Source: the human T2T-CHM13v2.0 reference genome, Homo sapiens
NCBI RefSeq assembly: GCF_009914755.1
Contig: NC_060941.1
Strand: one strand, 5' to 3'
Length of the DNA stretch: 64,000 nt
Shown here: piece by piece, positions 13,894 to 32,530 of the stretch
Numbering within the stretch: the first letter of the stretch is position 1
Layout of the letters: each line of letters begins with the position of its first letter
The notes under the pieces: generated by a model
Databases searched by the model: none
What the model saw: only the letters and a program-made list of their open reading frames with translations
Told to the model about the DNA's origin: nothing
Position numbers and translations under genes: made by a program

Positions 13894-14472
13894 TCAATCC
13901 CATTTCTAGGTATATACCCAAAGGGAAATAAATCATTGTACCAAAAAGACACCTGCACTCCTTTGTTTATTGCATCACTATTCACAATAGCAAAGACATG
14001 GAATCAACCGAGTTAGCCATCAACAGTGGACCAGATAAAGAAAATGTAGTACATATACACCATGGAATACTATGCAGTCCTGAAAAAGAGCAAAATCATG
14101 TCCTTTGCAGCAATATGAATGCAGCTGGAGGTCATTATCCTAAGCAAATTAAAGCAGAAAAAGAAAATCAAATACTGTATGTTCTCATATTATACTGTAT
14201 GTTCTCACTTATAAGTGGAAGCTAAACATTGGGTACACAAAGACACAGAGATGAGAATAATAAACTCTGGGGATTTTTAAAGTGGGGAGGCAGGGAGTGG
14301 AGAAAGGGTTGAAAAACTACCTGTTTGGTGTAATGTTCACAACTTGGAGGATGGGATCATTGTTAAGTCCAAACCTCAGCATCATGCAATATACCCATAT
14401 AACAAACCTGCACATATACCCCCTGAATCTAAAATAAAATAAAATAAACAAAACTAAAATAAAAAAAAAAAA
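13894..14472 (+). mobile_element. L1PA15/16-like 3' end
   Basis: gcagctggaggtcattatcctaagc, agggttgaaaaactacct, aaacctcagcatcatgcaatatacc, then a poly-A tail. Possible TSD agtcaatcc/agtcgatcc. Internal duplication of atactgtatgttctca with a 20-bp period. Confidence 0.9.
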
Positions 14473-15824
14473 CAGTCGATCCAGGCATTCCTTGCTGGAG
14501 TCAGAGCTGCCGTAGCTGAGCTAATCTAGTACCAGACAAGGTCCTAATCTGGTATTGTTTTCTCTGTAGGGTTCCATTCCCTCTTTAAATGTGGCTACAG
14601 GAGTCTCTTCTATTGTCAATTCTTAGCTTCCTCTGCAGATTTTTGTTCCTCCTGTCTTTCCAAGATTATTTGATTTCATATTTCCTTTGATAGGATTGCA
14701 TACAGTAGTTAAGTTTCAGCCCTGCATGTGGTGTCACCATTGAGACAATTTAGTTCTCTAAGAGGAGGCAGGAGGATATTTACATTTTGGGTGTTGTATT
14801 TCATGCTAATTTCCAGATAGTTCTAATATTTATTTATTATTTGTATTTGTTTTAATGCAATTTGTGCAGACTTTTCCAATTCTTCATTCTATTACACTAA
14901 TCAGATTCTATACATGCTACCTCTGTTTTCACATCTGTAAAATTTAAACATAAACCTCAGCATCTCTCCCCCAATATTCTCCAAATAGTTCATTTATATA
15001 AAGCGTAGTAAGGTAGAACTTGACAAATATTTTCCTTGGCCAATGAAGGAAAGGACTTACATTATACTTCCTGTTTCTACTGCTTCAAAATTTTCCATCA
15101 CATTAGTTTTTCTCATTCTCTTTGCCATTCAGGAGTTCTTTTTTTTCCTTCGACCTCACCCCAGGCAATAGCCAGGTTATCGGTTGTCCTCTTTCTAGCA
15201 ATTATTCCTATCTCCATCTCTTTCGCCTTTCCTGTTCAGAGCAATTTAATTAGATTTATTGTAAATATACTTTCCCAGAACACAACCCTTTAGTTACCGT
15301 TACTTAGAAAAAAATGGAGAAAAATAAATTTTTAAAAAATTGTATTACCTATGGCTTTCGGGAACTCTATTTCAATGGCTGATTGATATTAATCATATTG
15401 AGTTATTATGGTTTATTTAAATCCCATATTACCTCTCATTTAAAATGGTTTCCTTTTGTTCCCTACAATGATTAATGCTAAAATAAACATATTTTGCATA
15501 AAGTCTTCTCTGTAGCTTTTGATTTTTTTGTCTTATCAGAAATGTATGTGTTGGATCAAAGCTGTGAGACTTTTTAATGAAAAAAATGCCAATAATATTT
15601 CACCTACTTATGATTTCATCAGAAAATGCATGAAAGTGTCTACTTTATCACACCTAGTCATATAGGGGTATTATGATTTTTCAAAAAAGTGTTAAACAAT
15701 AAATTAATATGTCTTTAAAAAATTTGCACATCTACTTTTAACAAGTCATGTTGGATAATTGTTTACTAGTTATATTTCTGAATTGTGAATTTTATAATTT
15801 TATATTTATGTTTTGAATAAATAA

Positions 15825-16201
15825 TAAGGGATTGTATTATGCTGTGATAAGCAGTAACCACTAAATATCAGTGCCTTAACTCGTTAACATTTAATTTTCA
15901 TTTATGTAAACCCATGTGAGATCTAACTGCTCTCTTGGGCACTTCCTTCAGGTAGGAGTACAGAACTGCCTGTCTCCAACTACTTGCAGCTCTGTCACTT
16001 GGAACACATGGCTTCCAGGGTTGCTATGTCAGGGGAAGAGAGGGTCTCATGCTGACTTCTCAAGGCCTCAGCCTGGAGGGAACGCACCTGTCTTCCTCTT
16101 GCAATCCATTGGTCAGAACTAGTCATGTGGTTCACCTAAATCCAAAACCACAGGGAGAGAGGGGAACTGGGTATTCCTGAGCAACAGCAAACCCTGCCAC
16201 A
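15825..16201 (-). mobile_element. MLT1 (J/K-like) LTR
   Basis: tatgctgtgataagcagtaaccactaaatatcagtgccttaac ... tccattggtcagaactagtcatgtgg ... ctgccaca. Confidence 0.65.
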
Positions 16202-17671
16202 CACATATTCTTCACTGTTTACTAATAGCCAATTTACAGTGTAACAGCTCTTTGTATAAAAACAGTTTCTGACTCTCCTTTGCTACAGACTTTTTTTGTT
16301 TGCTATTTGCCTTTTAATGTGTCTTCTATTCTGAATTTGCAAAGAGAGCTTTCTGTTACAAGTACTGAAAACACCCAGGAAGATTCAAGAAGTGTCATTA
16401 TATTATTTGTGTTAAAAATACGTCAGAGAAAGGCATGTCAATCTTCAAGTAATTGTTTCTCTAAAGAACTCTATGAGTTAAGTCCTGAAGCAGGTAACTT
16501 AGAGAGCGTGAAGGAAGATAAGTGCCTACAATGAACACTATTAGATCAACTGGTTTACATAAGAAATGGGCTACTTGACTTGAAATGAGAGGTTCAGGTA
16601 CTTATTTTTTCTAGTGGTTCTAGAACTTGTCTTGCTTTCATTATGGTTAACATTTTTCCCAGAAGATCATTTGGATTCTGTCTTCTCGGAAGAAGCGCAC
16701 CCACACAAGTGAATTAAAATCTAAGCTAAATTCAGCTTTGTTCAAATGTGCCTCCACCTAGTATCTCTCCTCTGTTCCCCATCCTCCATTCCACCCACAG
16801 CCCTAGGAAGAAAGGAAGACAGTATGAATTTATTCATGCTTAAAACTAAATTGAGCTATAAAATCTGTTTATTTCCTTGACATCTCTACTAACTACTAAG
16901 ACTATGAGGGTTGCATTTAAACATGAACATTTATTAAAACTCTTTAATAGCCATGGCTCTGTGATCCACCCCAAGTGAGGCAAAAATTTTGATGTAAACT
17001 TTATTTTTGTAGCCTACAGACAAACTTTGCTATTTCCTCATGCTTTTCCTTTATTCCTCTTTCCTAGTTTCTTGCAACAAATGTTTCATTATTTTAACAG
17101 TTGTCATCTTCCTGCAAAGTTCATTATGCAGGTCAAAATCACATGCCATTTTTTAATGAAAACAGCAATTCAGCTTAGCCCAGTGCATTTCTTCTGGGTT
17201 ATTTGACTGCAGATTTTTGACCTAGAAATGTTTTAATTAATTTGAATTTTGATTGAACTCTTTGTTTCTGAAATTGCTTTTCTGTACTTCTTTATGTAAT
17301 CTTTCCCTTGATTTCCATTACCTTTGCTGTTTCATTTGCTTTTCATTTTATTTTTATTTGATTTTATACTGTGTTAAAGCAATCAAGGATAAAACATCTC
17401 TACCCTTCTTCCAAATGCAGCTTATCACTAATTCAGTTTTGCTAAGAAATGATTGTTAAATAGGAAAAAAGGAATAAAATCTCAACAAGGTAATGACTCA
17501 TACCAGTTAGTACAAACTTTTAACCAGCAGAGTAAGCTGATTAAAATCCGAGTTGTTATCTACTAGTAGGAGGTGTAGGTAGGAAGATGGCAGTTTCCCT
17601 AATGAAATGGAATTTATTAAGTACCTGAATATTATAGAGTCTGTTCTATTGAAACATGCTGTATACATTCA

Positions 17672-18208
<537 letters not shown>

Positions 18209-19987
18209 TCAAAGCTACATTTCAAGAGCCTAACAAGACAAACAGAAGTGGGATGGAAGATTGTCAGGTACATTCATTTCAGCCTGCAGAAATGGGATCC
18301 TTGCCCTGTAAAGCAAGTTATGAGTATGCATGAGAGGTTTTATTACAAATTGCTCTTTTTCTAGGGGTGTAAAAACGCTGAAGAATGTAGCAGATTAGGT
18401 GATCCTCATTGTCATTAATTCAGTAGTAATAGGTAAAGCATTTATTGTGAAGGACATCACCAGATAGCATAAGTGCGACCTTTATCTAAATTGGATAACA
18501 CCATTCTAAAAAGATAGATCGTGGACTTCCTTGAAGTTTATGAGAGTATTTTACATAGATTAGTTTTAGGAAGCTCATTAAGATCTAGGATCCTAGAAGG
18601 AAGAGTTAGAATACTGAAGTCTGTAAGCTTGCCAAATTCCTAAGTGTTTTTAGCTCTTTGGTGGCAGAGGGAAGAGAGTTTTGTTCACAAACATATGGCC
18701 AAAGTTGATAAGATCTAATTATATGTTTGCAGCTGTTTCAAATCTGTAAATATCTGAAGTTGGTCAACATTATCAACACATGACAAAGGCAGTATAAATA
18801 AAGGAAATTAGCTAAAAACTGAAACAACAACAACAATCCCTTTTGAAGGGAGGAAATTAGGAGCTGAGTTCTCTAAGTGTGACTTAAACAGGATAAAGAA
18901 CAGAGCAACAATGCTGTACATACATAAAAAGTTTGCACCTCATTAACAAGCATTCTGGAACCAATTTGTGTGTATAGGAAGACCTCTGACAAAAATTCTC
19001 AACAGTTTGAATACAGTTTTAACAAACACAGTATCAGCTGTATTAAAGGACTACTTTGATTATTTATATAATACTTACAAATACAATTAAAGGTTTGTAA
19101 CAGACTCATTGAGTGGTTTAAAAAAATAACCTTAATATAAAGATTTACATCTGTCGGGTGAAAGACTATATTCAGCCCTAATAAAATCTGGCTAAATAAG
19201 CAGGAATGATGTATTATACATGGGATTATCCATTTTCCAAAACAAAATAACAACAAAAAATCATATTAAGAATACAAAAAGTTACAAATAAGGGGCAACT
19301 TGTGTGTTTAAGTGCAAGACTATGAATGGGAAAAGTGGAGGGAATAATGGATATTATGATTCAAATATTAAAATAAATTTTAAACAGGTAAATTAAACAG
19401 TTTTATTTTTAATTATGAGAAAAAATAGAGAAGCATACATTTTTACATTTTTTCTCTTCCCTTAAAGTCTCCTACTGAAATCTGTTATGTCTGAAACAAA
19501 ATATACAATACATTTACCAAATAAAGGTAATCATTCTGTCATACGAAAATAATTACTGTTGTAAGTTGAATGCCTGTTATTCATTTATGTATGTATATAT
19601 GCATATGTGTGTGTACATGTACACACACCCCCATACACATCTTTTCCTTTTAGGAGGCCACAAGATGCAACAATTTGTTATGTACAAAAGGGAGAGAAGT
19701 AATGTTCTGGATTGATTCAGACAACTGGACTGATAAATCAGTTCTCTGAGTATTTGTGGGTTTACCATCCATCAAATGGAACATGTGTTTTACCAAGGCC
19801 ACTTACCACTTCATGCTAATTAGATTTAATTGGTGTGTCATTGTCAATACAATTGGCTAGTGCGATGTTCTACAAAATGTCAAGATGGTGAAGGTCATTG
19901 AGGATGGTATTACAGAGAATGGAATCACCATGGGAATTGAGAAAAACATATTTACCAAATTGGAAGCTGGATACCAAGTGTTTATTG

Positions 19988-20371
19988 TGCTAAAAGAAAA
20001 ACTGTTGATAAATTAAATGTAACAGAGTTTAACTGAGCAAAATACAGCTCACCATCAGAATAGGTACAGAGAGACTCTGGGGCTGCCACATGGTCCGGTA
20101 ACGCTTGTGGACAGAAAAAGGAGGTGAGACACAGAAACAGCTGGATTGGTTACAGATCAGAGTCTGCCTTATTTGAAAATGGTTTGAACAGTCAGCCACC
20201 TGTGATTGGCTGAAACTCAGCTTCTGTGACTGACTGGAACTTGGCTACTGGTTATAAGAATGGGATACAGTATATTTCCACCTCCCATTAGGTTACAGTT
20301 CACTGTGTATGGAGAAACCTTTAGGCCAAATGTAAAATATATAAGGAGACAGCATTAGGCTAAACTTTACA
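19988..20371 (-). mobile_element. MER57-family (ERV1) 3' LTR
   Basis: cagaaacagctggattggttacag, ccttatttgaa, ggagaaacctttaggcc, taggctaaact. Immediately followed by a reverse-strand PPT (attctcccatttggtca). Confidence 0.82.
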
Positions 20372-20965
20372 ATTCTCCCATTTGGTCAACTTCCCAAAAT
20401 TTTGGTCAAAATTGAGAAATTGACCAAAACTTCAGGCATTGATGTCAATCTGTCACCATTATAAATTGACTTATTTGCTTTCAAATCTCACTGGAAAATA
20501 GCAGAGCAGTGGATTTTGTGAGGTGGGAACAAGGAAATGAAACAACTAAAAAAACTCGATTGGTTAACATCAGATTACTTCAGGTTACTTTTCTGGTAAG
20601 GGTTATAGCAGACAGGACTTCCTTATTATGCTGGAATTTCCTGATTTTAGGAGGAAAAAAAAATGGTTTGTTATGGGATCTATCTTCTTTCTTAAAGTTT
20701 CCATTTGATGATGTCACATTTAGCATGAATGACTCCATTTTGATTTGGTCTGTTCTGTTGGGGCCTAGTGCATGAGCTCAGTCCAAAGCAATGGCCTCCC
20801 GTCATTTTATTTAACAATTTCCCCCTTTTGGTCACGTTCTTACATAGATGAGAGTGTGACCAAAGTTTGGGGCTTTAGTGCTATTCTCAGTTACCATCAT
20901 TTTAAGTTTTCAGTCTCAACACACTATTCAAAGCTTATGGTATCTTCATGATCATGCATGCATTT
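20372..20965 (-). mobile_element. MER57-type internal 3' region containing a MER31-like LTR fragment and a second PPT
   Basis: gggcctagtgcatgagctcagtccaaagcaatggcctccc..ttaaca is an LTR 5' end on the minus strand. It is followed by atttcccccttttggtca. Confidence 0.65.
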
Positions 20966-21324
20966 TTAGTGACAATAACCCGTCTATTTCACTTGATTAA
21001 ATTAGTGTTAGCCCATTTTACTCCTACATAAGCCATTTGGTTTCTGCAAGGGTTATACTGCTGAATTGAATTGGAATATAATGGGACCACCAACTCTGTC
21101 TCATTAAGTCCTCGAGGGTAGTGCTAATACTGCTTCCAATTTACTATCTCAGCTGAGGAGAAAAAGCAGTTTCAGGGACATTCAATTGATATTTCCTACT
21201 ATAATGACTCTTACTTTATGAGTTAAGGATTCTACCAGCACCTGAATATATCCATCCTAAATATACACCTGAGGACAGAGGAAACAACTACTGGATGAGT
21301 CTGCTGAGCCATGTGATCCACTGA

Positions 21325-21735
<411 letters not shown>

Positions 21736-22359
21736 TTGTGATGGAGTTTTGACTCTTCCATTACTAAGGTTAGTTCAAGCCTGGCAACCAACATCCTTCA
21801 CAAAATCTAAAATTTTTCTTCATTAAGGGGACCAATCAATGGGTGCAATGTTTGTGAATTCATTTGATATGGAAACATTATAGTGACCTTCCATTTATTA
21901 GTTTCTGATTTTTTTTCTGGTGATATAATTTATCATCAGCTGCCCACCTATCTCATCCTGGAACACTGACCTATTAGTCATTACCATAGATACCTTTGGC
22001 TCAGGGTAATGTGATTGCCACTTTGTCCTCATTATCATTGTACTGATCACATCCACCTGGCCTCTATTAGCAGTGCAGCCCCAAAGAGGTCAGATTTCTA
22101 GCATTCCCTCCTTCCAGTTCTGGAAAGAAGCCATCCATCCCAGCAATCACCTTAAAGATACCAGGGATCCCTTTTTCGTGCATTCTCTAATGACTCAGTA
22201 AAGAGAATGTCCTTTGGGCTCCCCCTGGGGACATAGTCACGTGGTGAACACTCTCCTCTCACCTAATAAATATATTTTAACATACCCGTACTCTAAGGAG
22301 CTTTTTGACCCCTTCTTCTGCCAAAGTCACAGTGGCATATCCATCTCATTTACCTTTGA

Positions 22360-22971
<612 letters not shown>

Positions 22972-24254
22972 TAAACTAAAAGTGTCAGGAGAATGCTTTA
23001 ATAAGTTATCTCTTGTCCAGCCTTACATTCTGCCAATGTCTCAATCTAACATCCTTCCACTCCTATGTATGCTCTCCTGGACCAGGTGAGCCAGGTCCTG
23101 TCATTCTTTTGTTGTATACTGCATTTCCTTCTAGAGTAGGGATTGTATCTCCCTCCTCAGTCTATGCTAAGACCTGACTCTAATTATTGGAGGCCATGGA
23201 TAAAGGTGAGAAAAGGCTTTATGACCTTACATGACCTCACTCTAGGTGTGGTCTTTGCATTGTCTCCAGGCAAGGGGAGGCTGCTGTCTTCTACAAAAGG
23301 GGAAGGAGCTGTTTTAACTGCCTGGGAGAGTTCGGGAGAATCTGGGAAATCATGATTCTCCCACTCCTAGAGCCAAGCGAGACTTCAGAGCCCCACTCTT
23401 TTCCTTACATGAACCTGACCTTATCAGAGAGGACTTGGCAAGTCTGTGTTTTCATTCTCCTTGTAGTTCTATTACCCTTTCAGTGAAGTCCTGGACTGAG
23501 TTCTTAAATTTTTAATCATAGTCAGCCCTAAAGTATAATTGTCTACGTGATGTTCAATTCCATTAGCTACTGCATAACCTAACACTTTACTCTCCAAGTG
23601 TACCTCATATTAATCTGCTTGTGGAAGGCAGGGTAACTGCTTAATCCTTACAAGTAATGACACATCATATGCTGGTTGGCCAGGTCTGGAAAAATGGTTT
23701 CCTAAGGGAACTCAGGCTGGAAGGGGTGTCATAGCCTAGTCCCACCTGATTGCATGGGCTGAGAATTACGGAATGGTGATATATCAAAAGAAGGAAGAAA
23801 CCATTATTGGCAGGTAAAAGAGTATAGCTGTCTTCCACACTGAATGATTGAGATACTATTGCACACAAGAAAGGAGTCAGAGTAAAAAGAAGTTTTAAGT
23901 TTCGATGGGTCTGACCATTTAAAAATGTTGAAGTCATTGCGAAGACAGAGAATGCTGAAGCTATCAAGGAAATAAAAATGAGGCCAAATAGATTTATACC
24001 TAATTAAATATGAGTTGAAATAGAAAAAAGCATAAACAAGCCTTTTACTAACTGAACCAACTTAACCACATGAGGAGAGTTCATAATAGAAGATTTAGAT
24101 GAATATTTCCTGTTATAAAAGGATTTTATGTAATTATTAACTGAATTCCCATTAATAGTTACCTAAGTTTATGGGTTGAATAATGAGTTGGCTTGCATTC
24201 TCTCATTTAGCAATAAACAGTAAACAAAACAAACACACAATAAAACAAAACAAC

Positions 24255-24495
24255 AGATGTGTTTGAACACCTGCTAAACTGTACTAGCTGCTGAGGAATC
24301 AAGCTCCCATATTCATTCTAGGAGGGGAACACAGAATATTAAGAATTTAAATAGCAGTTGAGATAAATGCTAAGGAGAAAAATGAAGCAGCATAAAGGAA
24401 ATAGAGATGTCAGGGAGGCTTCTGTTTTATCAGTGAAGAATCAGGGAAGTCTTCACTGCTAAAGTTTCATTTAAGTGTTCAACAGATGAAGTACA
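24255..24495 (-). mobile_element. L2 fragment
   Basis: tttgaacacctgcta..gataaatgctaaggagaaaaatgaagcag..tcagggaagtcttcactg. Confidence 0.6.
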
Positions 24496-24689
24496 TGAAA
24501 TATATAAACCCACAGATGAGACACACACATATATTTATCCATATATATACCTATCTATGAACAGGTACCTAATCTTCAGGGAAAGGAAGAATGAATCAGA
24601 ATAATATATTCTAAAAAGCTCAATAACACATATATAAGCTTTTACTATGTCCACAGAATTTGATCAGTGGAACGTATTAAAGGCCTAAA

Positions 24690-25591
<902 letters not shown>

Positions 25592-26364
25592 TTACATAAT
25601 TGTCTCATTTAACATATTCAATGATATTAAGCATGAACAATGAAAAGGTAACGGGAAAAATTAATAGAGGAATGAAAGGCACCTACCTTTCCTCTAAATG
25701 AATTAGCCTCATATTAATAATTTACAATGAAGTAATATGAAGACCAGGAAATATATAAAGTGTACACTATTTAAAACCACCATGGTTTGAGAATCAGACA
25801 ATATTCAAATCCTAATCTCTGAAAGATAGGCTTTTCACAAACATTTCGATGCGATGCATTTTAAATGTTCCCTTCAATTACTTTCATCTCTCTTCCACCA
25901 GTTTCTTTCCCTCCCCTATACCATAATCACCCATGTCCGTATAAAGGATGAAAAATGACATGGAGACCCTTCATTATATGAAAGGAACTGACTCAGGAAA
26001 GGAAGCAGCATTCACCCTTCATTATGAGGGATCTTGTCTTGTCTTTACTATTGATTCAATAACTATTTAAGTGCTTGTAAAGGACAGACTCTGTTCTCAG
26101 TGCTAGAGCACTCCCCAAAGAGAACTGGCTTGAAAAATGTTTAAGGCGCATATGCTACAAAGAGACATTCTATTCTCTTGTTCTTAAATTATCTGTAGAA
26201 CATGTAAGACCTGTGACTTGGACAATGAATCACAGCTTAAAAACTAAAAGATAACGGTCAAGGTCACACCTATGTTACTAGAAAGTATATTAATCAGAGT
26301 GCTGGTGGGAGAGAGTTAATACATGCAAATTGGGTAATTAGAGGAAATTAAAAATGGGGGAGTT

Positions 26365-26880
<516 letters not shown>

Positions 26881-27204
26881 GAGACACAAACAGGTTATCC
26901 CAAATAGAAAGAATTCTGGAGATTTGGTGATTTTCCTTAAGATGTGGCACCTGCTCTATGACTGGTGTATTCTGGAATGTGCTGTAAGACTTTTTCTAAT
27001 TTTGCAAAAACTAAAATAGCATAAATAATATACTAATATGTTATATTAGTATAATATAAATAATAATATAACATACTCAAATGTCATAATTCTGTGGAAG
27101 AACAGGCATGCCCTACCGTTGCTTGACCACATGATATGGTTATGAAACTGGCTTATACATTTTTAAGTACTAGTCTTTAGACATAATCTCTAGATCTTTA
27201 ATAT

Positions 27205-28628
27205 CAGGATTGTTTCTAACATTTACAGGGCCTGGAGCAAGAGCAGAAAGGAGGCCCACATACCATATGTCAAATATTTAAAAGTTACATATCAAGCTAA
27301 CAAACTGTTAAATAGAATCTGTTCTATCCTCTATTCTTGACGAATATATCTTCAGAATTACAAAATTGAAAGATGCGTTCAAAGATTTAGCTTTTATATC
27401 ACTGAAAGTTGGCAAAATACGAAAGATGAGTCAATTTACTTATTACTGTACATGTCTGCTGTTCTATTCATAAGCTAGCAATCTTTGCGTAATGTAATAA
27501 AGATACATATAATTCAAAAATAATTATGCATTTTAATAACATTTATTTTTATTGCTTTCATTCTAGTAAAAAGTTATTATGTTTATATAATCAATACTTT
27601 CACCTAATTGATACACTATTGATAAATATGATTTAAAGTCTTATAAATTATATGTAAATGCAGTGAAAGTTTGTGTTTTATATTTTAAAATATAAAAATC
27701 TTTTGTATTTTAAAGTGTTTTTATTACTTAATAATTATTTTAATAATTAAGAACTCTATTCATATTAACACAATCCAAAATATATTTTAAACAACATTGT
27801 CTTAAACGTTTTTGAAAGTTATTTTTCTTCTAAAATATTCAGAAACATATATAAAATTAAAAGGTAAAATACAAATTATAATTAGTAAATATTACAACTT
27901 AAAATCAGAATCATTTAAACAAATGAAATTTTAATTTATCTTTTGAAAATTTAAGTTTTGTTAAATTTGTTTTATAAAAGTATGAAGAATTGAGCATTCA
28001 ATGTCTATTTATTTGACATGTAAAGAATTGGCATTAAGATTCATCATTGTTTTACTAGATCTAGATATTTATTAACAGAAATTCAAAGTATGATAACTTT
28101 TAGAATTACGCAGCTGTTGTGAATACCTGCAGAGTCATGATTTGGAGGATGAGAAGTGAAAAACTGGAATCTCAGCACTACTAAACAAAGGCTACTTTGT
28201 TAATCCAACAATTTATTGCTCTCCGACTATCTCAAAAGGCAGATTTGGTAAGATAATTACATAATTACTTTGTCTTCTTTTTGAAGAATTTTGCCCTTCA
28301 ATCACTCTCTTCTCTGAGGAAGCCTCTGTCCCTTACATTGATTTTGGCCCAAACCCAAAGATCACTGCATTTTGACTTAGTGGACTTTAAATACAAGAAC
28401 AGAGTACAGAAGATGCAGACATGTGTTTTTGTGGGGTCTGAAAGGTGTTAGTTATGGGCACAAATGTTTAGGACCAGAGAGAGTGCTGTGTCTGTTGGAT
28501 CCGGCTTCTGAGTCAGGCACTCATGTGTTTGCAAATGAATTCTATGTGTGCACTTATGCCCTGAAAAACCATCTGAAGTTCAATGCTCAAGCTTGGGCCC
28601 CACTTGCTCATACCGAAGGTTGGTTCTT
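27205..28628. mobile_element. Zaphod/MER115-family hAT-Tip100 transposon, internally deleted
   Basis: Left end cagg..gggcctggagcaagag..ggaggcccacataccatatgtcaaatatttaaaagtt..caagctaacaaactgttaaat matches the recalled Zaphod/MER115 sequence. A probable right end is gggccccacttgctca..aaggttggttct. The middle is uncertain. Confidence 0.7.
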
Positions 28629-29397
28629 CTTAATCCTAAGCAGTAAAATGTATTTTTTAAAAGATGAAAAGATACGCATTCAAATATATGTGCCTATATA
28701 TATCCACGTTATCTTATATTTCTACTATGCATCTAGTGGGCGTGAAGGTGTTCACACTTGTTTTATTAGCATGTAAATGTAGATTTATCTAACAAACATA
28801 CTTAACTCTCTAGACATCAACCCTATCAGGTAATTCTTGCAATATTAGAAAAATGACAACTATGCAATGAGTTTCCATCTTAAGTTGAACTCTGATTCAG
28901 TTCAACTAGTAATCCTCTCAAAGAGATATATAGATGTAGTAGTGTATGTCATGTAAACTGTAACTGTCAGTGTTAATTGCCCAGAATCTGAAGTTTCTCT
29001 CCCAGTTACAAAGTTATGGGCTAGGCTATTTGAGAAGCAAAATGGATTCATTTTGCACTGTGGGAAGATTTGGCTGTGGCAAAGCTTTTTTGTTGTTGTT
29101 GTTACTAAAATTGCATTCTCCAAATTTAGTACTTACTCAAAATTCATGTGTTTAGAGTTACAACTAAAAATCTGTGTCTCACAGTGTTTGAATTAGTTAA
29201 AGCCAAATGAGTTTCTTTTTTTTTTTTTTTTTAGTTGGCATTTCTCTCAGAGAGGAAATTTATAAATTATTTAAAAATAAATAAGATCTGATATGTATGT
29301 TTTAATCTTTCAGATTATAGATTATAATTGCAAATGTTTTGGTTTAATAAAAGTCTGTAAATCTTAAAAACAAAATGTGGTAATTTCCTAAACTTGA

Positions 29398-30490
<1,093 letters not shown>

Positions 30491-31339
30491 CATATTAGCT
30501 ATGGTAAGGAATTTACTTAATCTGGAATCTCACACATGAGTAGTTTAAATATATACTTTTGGTTTAGAAGTTCATTTTAGGAATTTGGGGTTGACCCAAA
30601 TTTTCTGTTAAAACTCTACTTTTTCTTTGGCTTTACTCCTTGTTATGAGAAAAAATTAAACTAAAGGAAAATAAAACCGATATGATGTAAATTGCAATCT
30701 ATAAATCTCTAAACCTTACTGGTGACGGTGGCACACACATAAATTACACTCATGAATGAAGACAGTTGGGACAAAAGTTCAGAGTTGTTTTATTACACAG
30801 AGTTCATGACCAGTAGCTAAGTTCCTCTTCCTTTATGTAATGGAGGTGGGGTAGAGGGAAAAAAAGGAGAGAAAAAGAACTCTTTAGTGAGGGTTTCCTT
30901 AACAACAAATCAGCTTCTTAGACTCCTGGGCATTTGCGATAAGTGTAGTGCATTACTGCGAATATCACACACTGTGGCATGTCTGAAACAGATTCACAGT
31001 ATTTCAAAATGTTCCTGCCGATGCTATACAAGTAAAGGCTCTCTATCAACAACTGAGCATATTTATGATTTCAAAAAGACTCTAGCATTTAGAATAACTC
31101 AAGTTGAAATTTAAGAGCTATTACTCTATTAATTATGGTGAACTTTTATGGGGCTTGTATGGTTTCATCATCTATTTTTATTCTTTAGAAGTGGTATTTA
31201 CTGAAGGTTTTGAAAACTGGTAGTGATCTAGTCAAATTTGTCTAGCATTCCTATTTTGTTTGGCTCACCCAGCTTTTAAAAAAATAATGAATTTATTAAT
31301 GAATAATCCTTTTAGACAGTGCTATAGTCCTTACAATGG

Positions 31340-31800
31340 CCTATTTTGTAATATCAGTTTCATTAGAAATTGTTAACAAATATCTTTGAGTTTTGCTTCT
31401 CCCATCATTTCTATTTTCTCTTCATGAAATCTTATTGTCTGAGTATTATGCATGTATACATGTATAAATTTATCTATTGGCTTCAATTCTCTCTTTTGTG
31501 TCTTTAATAATTTTTTTAAAGCATTCTTTATAACTGTCCTGAATTTTGGGTGAATTTATCCACACTATTCTTCAGTTCTCTGATTTTCTCTTTGAAAATG
31601 TCTTTTCGAGAGTGTGCCATCTATGGAGTCTTTTATTTCAATGACTGCAATTTTTATTTCTAGATTTCAAATTGTTTATATTTTATAAATACCTTTGTTT
31701 CATTTATGCCAGTTTTGTCCAAAAAATGTTTGTGGTTATTATTTTACCTTATCTCTGCAAGAATTTTAAAATTGTTGGGATGCTGTCATCCAGAGCCTGG
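31340..31800 (-). mobile_element. old L1M fragment
   Basis: T-rich: ttcttcagttctctgattttctct..ttttatttcaatgactgcaatttttatttctagatttc. Confidence 0.55.
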
Positions 31801-32185
31801 ACTTATAGTGATACTTGGGTTGCTCTGCTACAGTGGGAGTGGACATGTTGCAGGTTGTGTGGATAAGCCAGTAGAGAATTAGGTAGGCCTAGAGTACTGA
31901 CTTTGAGGCAGACTCAGTTTTCCTTCTCACATATTGCTCTGTATATGCTAAACCCTGCATGGAACACTTTAGGCCCCACTTGTACTACAGAAATCAAAAT
32001 TCCCATATGCCTTTGCCTCAATGCCTACCTCACTCTTGTATGAGTTTTTTAGTCCACATTTAGAAATAAACTCTATAATCACATTTTATTCTTCTTGATC
32101 TTACCATAGATTCCATCCACAGTGATGAAATTAGAAGGATTTTTCAGAATGTGAATATATACAAACATTTATTTCTAAAAAAAAA

Positions 32186-32497
<312 letters not shown>

Positions 32498-32530
32498 TAA
32501 TGGTCAATCATAGAGTTTGATATTACAGTC

